From Octopus bimaculoides (lineage: Eukaryota): a DNA stretch of 61,422 nt. The position numbers were made by a program, and so were the translations under genes. Where the stretch lies: the NCBI RefSeq assembly GCF_001194135.2, contig NC_068981.1, positions 107,964,470 through 108,025,891 on the forward strand, read 5' to 3'. Below, piece after piece: positions 1-12,663 of this stretch; the stretch's first letter is position 1; the number at the start of each line of letters is the position of its first letter. Below the pieces are notes generated by a model. It worked only from the letters and a program-made list of their open reading frames with translations. It searched no databases and was not told where the DNA came from.

Positions 1-267
1 TATATATATATATATATATATTACCGAGATGTACTTGCTTAGCAAGTGACCTGATCTGAGATCGTGTGCTGAAACAATAGCAATTGCAGCGTGGAAGGTG
101 TTTATAAGCCATTTAAAAACACACAACAACCGTTAAATTCACTTCAACATTTAAATTTAATTTTCTAAAATATTTTCGTCACCGAACCTGGAGCTTAACT
201 GTGGTCAATCCATAGCACCTACTCGGCATTACCTGAAACCTCTGGGTCTAATTGACACCATTATCGC

Positions 268-510
268 TCATAAGTGGATTTGGTAGACGGAAACTGAAAG
301 AGGTCCGCCGTGTGTGTGTGTGTGTGTTTGTCCAATCTTCGCTTGACAACCGATGTTAGTCTGTTAGTATGTTTTACGGTTCGGCAAATGATACCGATAG
401 AATAAGTACTAGGCTTGCAAAAAAAATAGTCCTGCGGTGGATTTCTTCGACTAAATCCCTTTAAGGCGGTGATCCAGCATGGCCGCAGTCACATGACTGA
501 AACAAGTAAA
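268..510 (+). mobile_element. tRNA-derived SINE (dominant family of the window), 5'-truncated, with internal (TG)n
   Basis: Same body/tail blocks (ttggtagacggaaactgaaag; cttgacaaccgatg; gaataagtactagg; ccagcatggccgcagtc) as the copies at 13551, 17563 and 23050. Confidence 0.75.
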
Positions 511-745
511 ACAATATATATATTTCGTTTTGGGATTTGGTTTGTAAGATTCTTTACTTGAGTTCGTGTGTTGAAGCATATTTTGTTGTGTCTGAGGAGT
601 GGCATTCTCTTTTAGTGCCTTATTATCTAATACTCTCACCGGTAANNNNNNNNNNNNNNNNNNNNNNNNNNNNNNNNNNNNNNNNNNNNNNNNNNNNNNN
701 NNNNNNNNNNNNNNNNNNNNNNNNNNNNNNNNNNNNNNNNNNNNN

Positions 746-1305
746 TGTGATAGTGCAGAGTCTTACTGAAACACATATGGCCTTCTATTGCATACGCTGT
801 TTTAACAATTATTTCCAGGACCTCCATGTGGGCGGCAGAGTTAACTCTAAGGCCTTGTGGAAAGAAATAAGGAGGCATCACATGTCCTTCATTGCTGGCA
901 ACCCCTAAAACCATGACAGTTGCAGGAAATTTTGTATGCATAACACTTGAAACTTCAGAAGGGTCTGCACATAACCATCTGTCATTTCTTCCGTTAACTT
1001 TTTCATCTTGGTCGAAGTTTTTCTCGATTGAGAAAAACCAAATCAAATCTTCTGCTGGAGTTTTCAGTTTGTTTAAGAGCCTTTTAGATCTGATGTAGTG
1101 ATTTTCATTTGCTTTTCTGACAAACTGACCTTTCCTCATCATATAAAATTTATATCGGATGTCTTCGTGGATAACATTTCTGACTGTTCCTTCTGACACA
1201 TGGAGATCCTTTTCAATTGACCTCATGGACTTTCTGGCATTGTACTCAATGGCCTGTTGAACTTGCTGGATAAATTCAGATGTTCTGATAATTTCAGAGT
1301 GTTTA
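746..1305 (-). mobile_element. Tc1/mariner-superfamily transposase fragment, maT (DD37D)-like, degenerate
   Basis: ORF 636-1226 reads WFFSIEKNFDQD..NDRWL..HTKFPATVMVLGV.SNEGHVMPP. A shifted frame gives PYVFQ*DSALSH. In frame upstream to 1305 (IRTSEFIQQVQ). First catalytic D is mutated (FSIEK). Confidence 0.8.
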
Positions 1306-1541
1306 NNNNNNNNNNNNNNNNNNNNNNNNNNNNNNNNNNNNNNNNNNNNNNNNNNNNNNNNNNNNNNNNNNNNNNNNNNNNNNNNNNNNNNNNNNNNNNN
1401 NNNNNNNNNNNNNNNNNNNNNNNNNNNNNNNNNNNNNNNNNNNNNNNNNNNNNNNNNNNNNNNNNNNNNNNNNNNNNNNNNNNNNNNNNNNNNNNNNNNN
1501 NNNNNNNNNNNNNNNNNNNNNNNNNNNNNNNNNNNNNNNNN

Positions 1542-1542
1542 G

Positions 1543-1594
<52 letters not shown>

Positions 1595-1596
1595 TG
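1542..1596. repeat. (GCGT)n microsatellite at a gap edge
   Basis: Direct tandem GCGT units. Confidence 0.95.
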
Positions 1597-1699
1597 TTTT
1601 TGTGTACATTTATCAGTTTTTAACAACTCAAAAGTTTACATGCTGTGCTCACAAGAAATCCGAAACGAGGAAACGAATTTGGGAAATTTTTTGAAGTTC

Positions 1700-3200
1700 T
1701 TAAAACTAGTGTTAAATTTTAATCATGTCATGAATGAATATCACCGCAGCGTAACAAAGAAGTCTGGGACAATATTATATTTGTCTCCGTTAGAGAACAA
1801 CGGTTGTATCCAGCTGATAACTGCTACCTTTTACAAGAAACCACTATATATTATATATCAATAATATGAATAGCATTCATATTATTGTGGACAGATGTTT
1901 AATTCTACTTCGAATTAAATACATGGTGAGAAACTGGCAGAAAGTGTTTGTTTTGCTGGTACTAAGTTGAAGAAGAAAACCATTTTTATAAAACAATCCT
2001 TTCTTGTATCTATCTAATTACAAAAGAATATCGAAAATATGCTGGCTGTAATATTTGAAGCAACTTATAAAACAAAAAAATGTAATTAGAAAGCTATCGA
2101 TCTTATGCTATATCAATGCTGCAATTAAGGATTGTTACAAAAGTAGTGTTCAATAGACGGTTAATGAAAAAAATTGTATGATGTCTTCGCAAACTGAATT
2201 AATCACTTATTTGATTTAGCTGGAATGCGTGCCGCTAAGCATTGATGGGGTAATTGTTTTCATGTAATTTGAATGTTTTGTTCTTTTCTTTTTTTCTCTT
2301 TTTTAATTGCTGTTCAATTCTCCCTTGGCAAAAGTGTAGGAGCTATAAAAGTAATTGTCAAATCTGAACTTGGAATTTGATGAAGTTCCAGAACAGGAAC
2401 ATTGAAATCAGTTAATAATTACTTTGATATCACAGTGGAACTTTTGTAAGGTATTGTTGATGGTCAAATTTAATTTTCTGATAAAAGGGATGGTGTGGGA
2501 CAGTTGCTTAATTTTTTTTTCTTTAGTTTTAATTTCTTGTTTTTTCCTGCTTTGATTTTTTTTTAATAAAATTCATGCACATTGACTGTGTCCAAAAACA
2601 ATTCCAGGATTATACTATGAACCTTCATGTAGCTGTTTGTGGCTTAAAGGCCGTTCAAGGTTATTTTGATGCAGTTCATAACCATTGACATTTGAATCAC
2701 TTGAAGCTGAACTGAAAATATGTAATAGATAAATAGATAAGATATTCAAGTAGAAAGACAGCCATAGAAAAAGGAAATAAGTGTCTGGTAAAATGCCAAG
2801 GATGTAGGAGTTAACGACAAAGAAAGATATGATGAGAATAATGAAACAAACTACTAATCCTCTCCATAATGAAATAGAAGAAACAATTATCCGTTCATAT
2901 AAACTAAGATTTAAAACTTGGATTACTTTTAGATGCTAAAAGATTGTTGTTTGACTCAGATGAAAGCAACTGCGTTCATAATATATCTTTAGAAAAGTTA
3001 TTTCAAGCTTAAACTGTTTTGATAACATTGATATGGACGTCCTTCAATCTTTATGAAGAAATTTTGGATTGTAAAGTGTTGTAAGCAACCTTTCAATAAG
3101 TTGGAATTGATCTTATCACATTTGAGAGCAGAGCTTCAGTGAGCCAAGAAAGTCTGTGGACTTTAATGTGAGGAAACTGAAAAAAGTGCAGTTTTAAATT
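1700..3200 (+). mobile_element. Highly decayed hAT transposase relic (ZMYM1-like type)
   Basis: Broken frames give TIDCVQKQFQDYTMNLHVAVCGLKAV (resembles IN.VSK.LQ...DL..A), RKRYDENNE, and NKLELILSHLR..SVSQESL (resembles the hAT dimerisation motif SKLKLIK.YLRSTMSQERL). Confidence 0.5.
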
Positions 3201-4924
3201 GAAGTTCAAAATCATTCATACAAACAGCAAAAAAATACAGATACAAACAAATAATTTCTTTTATTGGCTATTTAAATTAGAATGAGTTCATTTCAAAATA
3301 ATATTTATATATATTTGTATTGCATTTGTAAATGCATGAAGAATTGTTTTATGTACATTTTTATTTTTATATCTATTATATATAACTGTTTTTCGTTTGT
3401 CATAAAATAAAGTTGTTAAAAGTATATTAGAGTAATTATTTGAAGTAACAAGTTGGAGTACTATATAATAGGCATTAGCTAGAATTGTAAAAACTACTGG
3501 CTTCATAGGTGAAATTTATGGAATTTACTCTGGGAGCGATGAAGCTTAGTTGCACACTTGGACATTTAATAGTTTGTTCCTTTTGAAGATGACGACTCCA
3601 TCCCTTACCAAGTTGTATCAATGAGATTTGATGATCCCACTGAGGTGTTTCACGATCCCGAGCAAAGCCTTAACATGGTCGCTCTATTTACTAATAATAG
3701 CAGTCATATTTTCTTTCAATTGCATCCTACCATCTTAAGAGCAAATAACACCTTATATAATGTATTCCTATTCACTCAAAAAGACAAGCTGGCCATTTGT
3801 AGAATGTATTTGATTATAGGTCTATAGAAGCCGACTAGGAGTTAAACAACAGCGGGAGATTTGATATCAACAAGTTAATGAAATACACAATGTCCGCTTC
3901 CAGTGGAGTATGGTACATACATACTGTTATACAACCATCTGGGTAGTTTGTTGGTAGCTAAATGTATTGATTATGACCACAACACGATACCGGTGATGGG
4001 ATGTGAACTATCAAGCCGTCCATAAATAGGCTAGTATATCATTGACTCGGCAATGTGCGACTCCTTTGCCCATAATAGCCTGAAGCCAAAGATAACAGGC
4101 AGAAATTACAGAAAAGGAAAAGACAATAGTCTTAAAATAATTAAAATTAAAGCAACCACCTATTATTACATACCATTTCTGGAAATGCCATCAGAAACAT
4201 AAGATTATAACAGACAATCTTTGCTTCTGTGTTGGAGATAAAATTGTATCTAAAATAGTTGCTAATTACAGGTTTAAAAACTTCGTTTTATGTAATCCCT
4301 TTGACTCTGAGTTGATGTTAATGATAAACGATTCATTATACTCGGTAATAATTCTAAACATATTCATTAACTATTTATTTTAATATCTACAAATATAGAT
4401 TGAGTAATCCCGCAGCGTATTGAAATATATAACAACATACATACTCACACTTAAACTGCAATTTTTTTCTCTGCCTAAGGCAAGTTGTTTTGACACATGC
4501 GGCATTAACACATTAACACTTTATCAAAAATATTTAACAATGGTAATGTCTGAAATAGCCATTTATAGCACATCAAAAGAACTTGATTGTCTTTGAAAGA
4601 CTAAGCGACCTCCAGAAAGAACTGTATAATTATAAACTGTCAGTGAGAAGCCTTATGATAGAACATGAGATTAATTGTATCATCTAGGCCTGTCTTTCAA
4701 AATTTCTACAGATCATAATCTTTACACTCAAATATTCGGTAACACAACACACCACTATTTCGAAACTTACCTAAAAGAAATTAAAGACAGGTTCAACCAG
4801 TAGTTTCAGCAAGTTTAAAAGGTAATATTATTAATATTTCATCATCTACATATGTGTGTGTGTGTGCCTGTGTGTATGTATGTGTATACATACACATATG
4901 TGCATACGTATGTGTATACGTATG

Positions 4925-6470
4925 CATGCGATTATTTTTGCCGTGAAGAAATTTCACAGATTTCTCCACGGTAAAATGTTTCGACTTCAGACGGTCCACC
5001 GACCGTTACTAACAATCTTCCGATCGAAGAAAGGAATTCCTACCCATACAGATAACAGATTACAACGCTGGCGTACAATATTGTTAAATTACAACTTTAA
5101 GACGGAGTACATTCCTTCTAAGAAAATTGGCCATGCAGACTGTTTATCTGGGCTAATTCCGAAGAATACGGAACTGCTGGAAGATACGGTGATAGCCGCA
5201 TTACAATCAGAAAAGGAAATTAAAAACGTTATGTGTAATGTTATTCAGGAGTTGCCTGTGACTGCACAAGACATAAAAAGTAAATCAGCGGAGGACAAAT
5301 ACATCATAAAAATGAAGGAAATCTTGAAAAATAAATAAAAGAGAAACACAAATGCAAACCATTTTTCACTCTGCGACAATGTATTAATGTACGCACAAAG
5401 AGTAGTAGTACCAACTGCACTACAGAAACGGATATTATATGAATTTCATAGTGGACACCCGGAGATGTCAAGAATGAAAGCTTTGATGAGGAGGTACGTG
5501 TACTGGCCGACAATGGACCGGAACATTGAAAAGTTTGGTAAAATCATGTAGAGGTTGTGCGCTAGCAGCCAAGGCACCACCGGTCAAATACCAATCGTAG
5601 CCTGAGACAGATAGTCCGTGGTCCAGGGTACATATAGACTACGCTGGACCAGTAAATGACGCGTACTGCTTGATCATTGTTGATAGCTTTACCAAGTGGC
5701 CAGAAGTATGTAAGTACAGTCAACCTACCCTGAAGGCAACAATAAAGTACCTGCACAAACTTTTCGCTCGATACAGTGTTCTGGACACCATAGTATCGGA
5801 CAATGGAACACAATTTACAGGATACTAGTTCAAGAAATTCTGCAAAATGCATACAATCAAGTACATGTTTACCCTCCCTATCACCCGAAGTCAAATGGGC
5901 AAGTAGAACGATTCGTAGATACTTTGAAGTGAGCGCTTAAAAAGGCAAGGAACAAGTTAAGAAATGACGAAGCGCTAACTAAATTCTTAAGGGTGTACAG
6001 AATAACGTGCTATCTGAATACCAGTTGAGCCAAGTTGCCTGAAAGATTAAATCGATCTTCGACAAATTGTTGCCAAAGGAAAAAAACGTATAGAGAAAAT
6101 ACAAAAAATTCAACCAAGCATTTTGATGTCGGAGACAAAGTCCATTTCAAAGTATACAAGAACGGTAAAGAAAGTTGGCAGGATGGTGTAATGACTAAAA
6201 GAATTAGAAACATACTGTATTTAATAAAAGGCCAATGATGGGAGCATTAACGTCATCTAAATCAATTAAAAGTCAGACATACAGAAGAAAGGAAGCAAAT
6301 TCCAATGGAAGTGTTTTACGACATGTTCAATATTCCATCACCGAAAGAGATTGAGCCTAGAAGGATCAGTAACAAAAAACGTAAATAGACTGAACATTTA
6401 GAAATAATTCTTAAGCGGAAAAGGTACTGAACTCCTCAGGGGAGCAAAATTTCAAAAAGGGGGAGGTGTT
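4925..6470 (+). mobile_element. Ty3/Gypsy LTR retrotransposon pol fragment (RNase H end plus integrase) with polypurine tract and start of 3' LTR
   Basis: HRPLLTIF.SKKGIPTHT.NRLQRW..ILLNYNF (RNase H); HSGHP..SRMKAL.RRYVYWP..C..C (zinc finger); RVHIDYAGP, IVSDNGTQF, PYHP.SNGQVERFV (integrase). PPT at 6454-6466 followed by TGTT. Several stops and frameshifts. Confidence 0.92.
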
Positions 6471-6499
6471 GGAAAGAAAGGAAAAATAATAATAATAAT

Positions 6500-6873
6500 A
6501 AGAGCACTCAGAGAGCGCAAACCTCCGCCAAGGCAACACCAACGTTCTCTCAACGATTAATCAGAAATGATTTTTAAAATGAGAATATCTGAAATAAACT
6601 TGACTGCTCTCACAAACGAGAATATTAAAAATGAACCCGACTGCTCTCAAAAATTAAGTAAAAAAAAAACGGAAAAATAATCCAGAATCCTTGTTCGGTA
6701 CCGGATCGATCCCAAAATCTAATCCGTTCATACCAGTCACGAAGCCAAACATCCCTGAAAGTTTCATCCGAATTCATCCAGCAGTTCTTGAGATATCTTG
6801 TCCACGGACAAACTAACAAACAAACAAACACGACTGAAAACAATACCGCCGCCGTCGCTAAGGAGGAGGTAAT
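6500..6873 (-). mobile_element. Helentron-associated non-autonomous element (HINE/DINE-1-like)
   Basis: Subterminal inverted motif acctccgccaagg / ggaggaggtaat, terminal hairpin ccgccgccgtcgctaaggagg, internal (AAAC)n, sits in an (AAT)n/TT context with no TSD. Confidence 0.7.
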
Positions 6874-8163
6874 AAAATTAATTTCATTTTCTACGGAAGT
6901 CGAAATCTCAAAAGGGATGTTGTGGCGAGAGTCACGACACCCCCTACGAGAATAAACTTGACCGAACGACTATAAATAGTACCGGTCTGAGTGAAACAGA
7001 GTAGGCGTTAATCGCAGGAAGTCGTAAGGTATCATTTTNNNNNNNNNNNNNNNNNNNNNNNNNNNNNNNNNNNNNNNNNNNNNNNNNNNNNNNNNNNNNN
7101 NNNNNNNNNNNNNNNNNNNNNNNNNNNNNNNNNNNNNNNNNNNNNNNNNNNNNNNNNNNNNNNNNNNNNNNNNNNNNNNNNNNNNNNNNNNNNNNNNNNN
7201 NNNNNNNNNNNNNNNNNNNNNNNNNNNNNNNNNNNNNNNNNNNNNNNNNNNNNNNNNNNNNNNNNNNNNNNNNNNNNNNNNNNNNNNNNNNNNNNNNNNN
7301 NNNNNNNNNNNNNNNNNNNNNNNNNNNNNNNNNNNNNNNNNNNNNNNNNNNNNNNNNNNNNNNNNNNNNNNNNNNNNNNNNNNNNNNNNNNNNNNNNNNN
7401 NNNNNNNNNNNNNNNNNNNNNNNNNNNNNNNNNNNNNNNNNNNNNNNNNNNNNNNNNNNNNNNNNNNNNNNNNNNNNNNNNNNNNNNNNNNNNNNNNNNN
7501 NNNNNNNNNNNNNNNNNNNNNNNNNNNNAATCTTTTCCCTTCATTTCTTTGCTACCTATGGCCTCAATTCGCTACCTCTCTTCATCTAATATCAACCCCA
7601 CACAGATTCCCACACACCTCCCGCCTTCACTTTCACTCACACACCTGCACACCGCCTAACTCGGTACACTCTCCACACACACCACTATGCAAACACCCAT
7701 ACACATTATTCAACCCAGTACTCATATCACACACCCACACACACCTTCCCACTCCCAGTAACCACCTCCCTCACCCCTATCCCACATCCCAACCTCTATC
7801 TCTCGCCACCCTGTCACACCTTACACTTCTATGCATTTTCCCACAAGACAGTACTCACTCCAAAAAGCACACACAATACACAAAACGTCTGAACAGAAAA
7901 TATATACACGCGCGCAACACGCGTAAATGCATACAACTTTCGCACACAAACATACATAATACACAAGCACACTATAGGGTCACACACACATACACATATG
8001 CACACACCACCCGAAGAAGCACACATCAACTGCTAAACACAAGCGTTTTCATATGGACACACGCACACACACACACACACACAGATGATAGTGTGTGTGT
8101 GTATATATATATAGAAGTGTGTATATGTGTGTAAGACTATTATCTCGCCGTGTATGCGTGTGC

Positions 8164-8214
<51 letters not shown>

Positions 8215-9149
8215 TATAATGTAACCGTTGGTTATAGCCATGATTCCTTTCTTTCCTACAGGTTCGTAATGCAATATACTTTGGTATATTTATTTCTGCA
8301 TCAACTTTATCAGGTGTTAGATGCGTTTTAGCGAGCACTACATATAGAAGATAATTGCATGTAAGGTCTTTCAACTACAAATTTTGATTTTGTTATTAAG
8401 TTGTGACAATCCTTTCACATTTGATAAAAGAAAAGGTGTAACATTTGTGCAAGTATCAGCGGCTAGCACTTTGAACTTTCGTATGTCGGTGAGCATGGCT
8501 CCAATTTTGAATCTGATATAGCGAGGTCAGTTGCCAAACAATCTTTTGTTCTACGCTAAAAATTTACTACCACTCAGCTGTTGCCTTTTTTATTACATTT
8601 GAATAAACTTAGTTCTTCGGAATGGTACGCACTACATCTGCATTTTTATTTTTTTTTTTTTTTNNNNNNNNNNTTTTTTTTTTTTTTTTCTCGTGTTATC
8701 TGTGAGAGAAAGTTGTTGCTTTGTATGGTGCAACTGTGGCAAAACGAGACGAGAGTTTGCTCCATCTTCTCCTTGCTAACAGACACTTTGCAGATAAAAT
8801 ATACAAACTGCTTGTAAGCGTTTCCTATTGCTTTTTCCTCTTCTTTTGATGTCTTCGTTTATATTTTGGGGCTCTAGCTAGTGTTTCTTGATTTAGTTTG
8901 ATTCTGATACTGATATTTCTTTACAGCATGTGTGTGTGCGCGCACGTGCATGCGTGCATACGAGAGAGAGTGAGAGAGAGAAGAAAGTCTTGTCACATTT
9001 TTGACATGATTACTTTGTGGGTACATTTTCAATAGTAACAGTAAAACAAGCATTAATTGTCGCATTTAAATGGAGTTTATTTCTTCGCAGATTACTTCAT
9101 ACCATAGTGCGGTTAAATTCGAATTGATTTCAGCCGTTTAAGATTATTC

Positions 9150-10124
9150 AGATCAGAGCCATATCAATCACTACTTATTGTATGAATTCAAAAGATCTTC
9201 ATCAATGGAAGCAGCAAGAAATATTCGTTCTGTCTATGGAAATGAAGCTTTAAGTGTCCAGACATGCCAATGATGATTTCGCTAGTTTCGCTTGAAAACT
9301 TTTTGTCTCATAGATTTCCTTCGATCTGAAAAGCTAGTTCTGTCAATATTGAGCTTCTAAAAGCCGTAGCTGAAGAAAACCAAAAGCAAACTGCATGAGA
9401 ATTAGAAAAACAGTTCGATTCAAGTCACACTTCAATCATAAAACACTTTCGTGAACTAAGAATAGTGTCTGGACTTGGTGAGCCGGTCCCTCATCCTCTG
9501 ATAGATTAATCAAAGCTTAATCACTGAGTTAGCTTCTGCTCAGCATTGAAGTTTAAACTTACAACCGAACCTTTCCTGGATAGAATCATCACAAATGATG
9601 AAAAGTGACTTCTCTATAATATTATTCAATGAAAACGACAATGGTTAACCCCCAATGAAAATCGAGAATTCATCCCCAAACCAGAATTTCTATCAAGAAA
9701 TGTGAAACGGAAATTAAACAATTCATACGAAGTATTATTGTCACAAAAATTTTCAGAAAAAGCGGCCATTATTAATCAATCGTAAAGGAGAGGAGTTTTT
9801 AGATGATAATGCAAGATGACATGTTGCCTAAGTCACTAAGGAATGATTATGACACTAAATATGAAAGCTGTGCCCCATCCCCTAACTTTGCTCCATCTGA
9901 CTATTATCTTTTTAGATAATTGCAACATTATTTCGAAGGAAAACAATTAATTAATTGTGAAGAGATTAAAAATGATATTGAGTGTTTCCTTGCTTCGAAA
10001 CACCAGAGAGATCTGCAATTTGCCAAATAGATGAGATTATGCTATCAACAACGAGGGGTAATACTATCTTGATTAAATATATCAATTAAGCCGAAGAAGT
10101 GTACGTTTCGTTCCCATCTTGATA
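9150..10124 (+). mobile_element. Mariner (DD34D) transposase pseudogene
   Basis: HYLLYEF..SMEAARNI.SVYG.EAL (HTH), FLDRIITNDEK, DNAR.HVA, APSDYYLFR; 3' TIR-like end ttcgttcccatcttga-TA at about 10124. Confidence 0.85.
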
Positions 10125-11049
10125 TACAAGAGGACTCTGATTCAAGCAATATACACACACACACACACACACACANNNNNNNNNNNNNNNNNNNNNNNNN
10201 NNNNNNNNNNNNNNNNNNNNNNNNNNNNNNNNNNNNNNNNNNNNNNNNNNNNNNNNNNNNNNNNNNNNNNNNNNNNNNNNNNNNNNNNNNNNNNNNNNNN
10301 NNNNNNNNNNNNNNNNNNNNNNNNNNNNNNNNNNNNNNNNNNNNNNNNNNNNNNNNNNNNNNNNNNNNNNNNNNNNNNNNNNNNNNNNNNNNNNNNNNNN
10401 NNNNNNNNNNNNNNNNNNNNNNNNNNNNNNNNNNNNNNNNNNNNNNNNNNNNNNNNNNNNNNNNNNNNNNNNNNNNNNNNNNNNNNNNNNNNNNNNNNNN
10501 NNNNNNNNNNNNNNNNNNNNNNNNNNNNNNNNNNNNNNNNNNNNNNNNNNNNNNNNNNNNNNNNNNNNNNNNNNNNNNNNNNNNNNNNNNNNNNNNNNNN
10601 NNNNNNNNNNNNNNNNNNNNNNNNNNNNNNNNNNNNNNNNNNNNNNNNNNNNNNNNNNNNNNNNNNNNNNNNNNNNNNNNNNNNNNNNNNNNNNNNNNNN
10701 NNNNNNNNNNNNNNNNNNNNNNNNNNNNNNNNNNNNNNNNNNNNNNNNNNNNNNNNNNNNNNNNNNNNNNNNNNNNNNNNNNNNNNNNNNNNNNNNNNNN
10801 NNNNNNNNNNNNNNNNNNNNNNNNNNNNNNNNNNNNNNNNNNNNNNNNNNNNNNNNNNNNNNNNNNNNNNNNNNNNNNNNNNNNNNNNNNNNNNNNNNNN
10901 NNNNNNNNNNNNNNNNNNNNNNNNNNNNNNNNNNNNNNNNNNNNNNNNNNNNNNNNNNNNNNNNNNNNNNNNNNNNNNNNNNNNNNNNNNNNNNNNNNNN
11001 NNNNNNNNNNNNNNNNNNNNNNNNNNNNNNNNNNNNNNNNNNNNNNNNT

Positions 11050-11280
11050 ATATATATATATATATATATGTTTGTGTGTTTCTATCCACCACCATTGCTT
11101 GACAACCGATGTTGGTGTATTTACGACCCCGTAACTTAGCGGTTCGTCAAAATATACCGGCAGAATAAGTACAAGGCTTACAAAGAATAAGTCCTGGGTC
11201 TATTTGTTCGACTAAAGGTGGTGCTCCAGCATTGCCGCAGTCAAATAACTGAAACAAGTAAAAGAATAAAAGAATCAAAG
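11050..11280 (+). mobile_element. SINE tail, dominant family
   Basis: gcttgacaaccgatgttggtgt...gaataagtac...gctccagcattgccgcagtc, following (TA)n at a gap edge. Confidence 0.8.
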
Positions 11281-11339
11281 AATATATATGTAGCGTACAC
11301 TTGAGTGAAATTCCTCTCCCCTTTATTGTATATACATTC

Positions 11340-12330
11340 ATTCAGACGTAGCCCATAACAGCTAGCCTCTGGCCGCTATTTGGACCCTGTTCTGTCCACT
11401 TCTCTGATTGATTGGTATTGGCGCCATTTGTCTCTTACTCTGTCGCACCAATATGCAGCGTATAACCAATCGAAGTCTCTAAATAAGATCACGTGAGACA
11501 GCCTGTTCTTAACTCAATTTTAGTCTACTGTTCATTATAAAAATCCCGCTACTCCTCGTCTCAAGGTCTTTGGTTCCAGACCTATTAAGGTCTAGCCACT
11601 GACCACACAAGACACAGCCAGTTCCAGCGACAACGCCAGAGCCCGGGTTTCAACACAGCACTGTTCGTGAATTACTTCAACCTGGATCAACAGCAAAGAT
11701 ACAACCTGCGAGCCAGACGCCAACACTCGTCCAACAGCATAACGGCAATCACTTTCTTCGTCGCAACCATCTTCTTCTTAATGACGTCAACATCATCTCT
11801 CTACGTACACAGCTCAACCAGCAACACTGCACAGGTTCTAACATAGCACTGTTTACGAATTACTTCACCATGGTTAACGGCGAATATACAACCTGCGAGA
11901 ACTCGTGTACAAGTAACCCAGGCAGTAGCATCACAGCCACAACTTCACGTACGACACGTACCGCAACCGGCTCTGCATCATCGCCACAACTTCTTGATAC
12001 AGTATTTCTATTACCGTGTACAATTGACTACGAACTGATATTTCTCATTCTTGTGTCTATGAACATTCGTCTAACTTCTCATTATAAGATTCTTTCACTT
12101 TCTTCCTCATTGTTCTTATATGTAGCACACGCATACATCCATGCCTATACACACATACACTTTGTTCTTTTGACGGCCTGTCTATTATTCTGTATACATG
12201 ACGCACACACAGACACACACGTTAACATATCAATAAAACTCCTCTCCCAAACATTCTACCTAGTTGCGTCTCTCATTTCCAACTGGCACCTATATGTATT
12301 ATTCTAGCCTTCTGAACAGAGTCGTTATTA
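11340..12330 (+). mobile_element. Possible solo LTR or promoter-bearing repeat
   Basis: Four CCAAT boxes (11411-11470), E-box CACGTG (11490), TATAAAA (11536), AATAAA (12232) and an internal imperfect duplication. Clean TG..CA termini not found. Confidence 0.35.
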
Positions 12331-12384
12331 GATGGTTTCACCACGCTAGGCACCGACCATCTGTATAGTTGAAATTTACAAAAA

Positions 12385-12495
12385 AACAAAAGACGAAGAC
12401 AGGTGTATAAACAACAAACAGGTGTGTTAGTTTAACGCTCGGGAAGGTGAGAAAGTCTTTTACATTTCGAGCCTACGCTCTTCAACAGAAAGGAA
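12385..12495 (-). mobile_element. Penelope-type terminal repeat fragment containing a minimal hammerhead-like motif
   Basis: Minus strand reads cttt-CTGTTGA-A-gagc(gtag)gctc-GAAA-tGTA-aaag. Confidence 0.5.
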
Positions 12496-12505
12496 CACAA
12501 GGAAT

Positions 12506-12663
12506 GGCGCAGGCGTAGCTGTGTGGTAAGAAGCTTGCTTCCTAACCATATGGTTCCGGGTTCAGTCCCACTGCGTGGCATCTTGGGAAAGTATCTTCTA
12601 CTATAGTTTCGGGCCAACCAAAACCTTGTGAGTGAACTTGGTAGAGGTAAACTGAAAGAAGCC
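12506..12663 (+). mobile_element. SINE tRNA-like head plus CORE-like segment
   Basis: A-box-like tgtgtggtaag, B-box-like ggttcagtccc, then cttgggaaagtatctt; truncated at the following LTR. Confidence 0.85.

Noticed and set aside
3500-3960. Possible piggyBac relic on the minus strand
   Set aside because: Only faint resemblance (VDIKSPAVV; C..C..LH....F..FH), with no catalytic motif, TIR or TTAA pair.
10119-11102. Long ORFs in the track that are mostly X, and HT/YI/CV/MYVC-repeat ORFs throughout the window
   Set aside because: Artefacts of N-runs and microsatellite translation.
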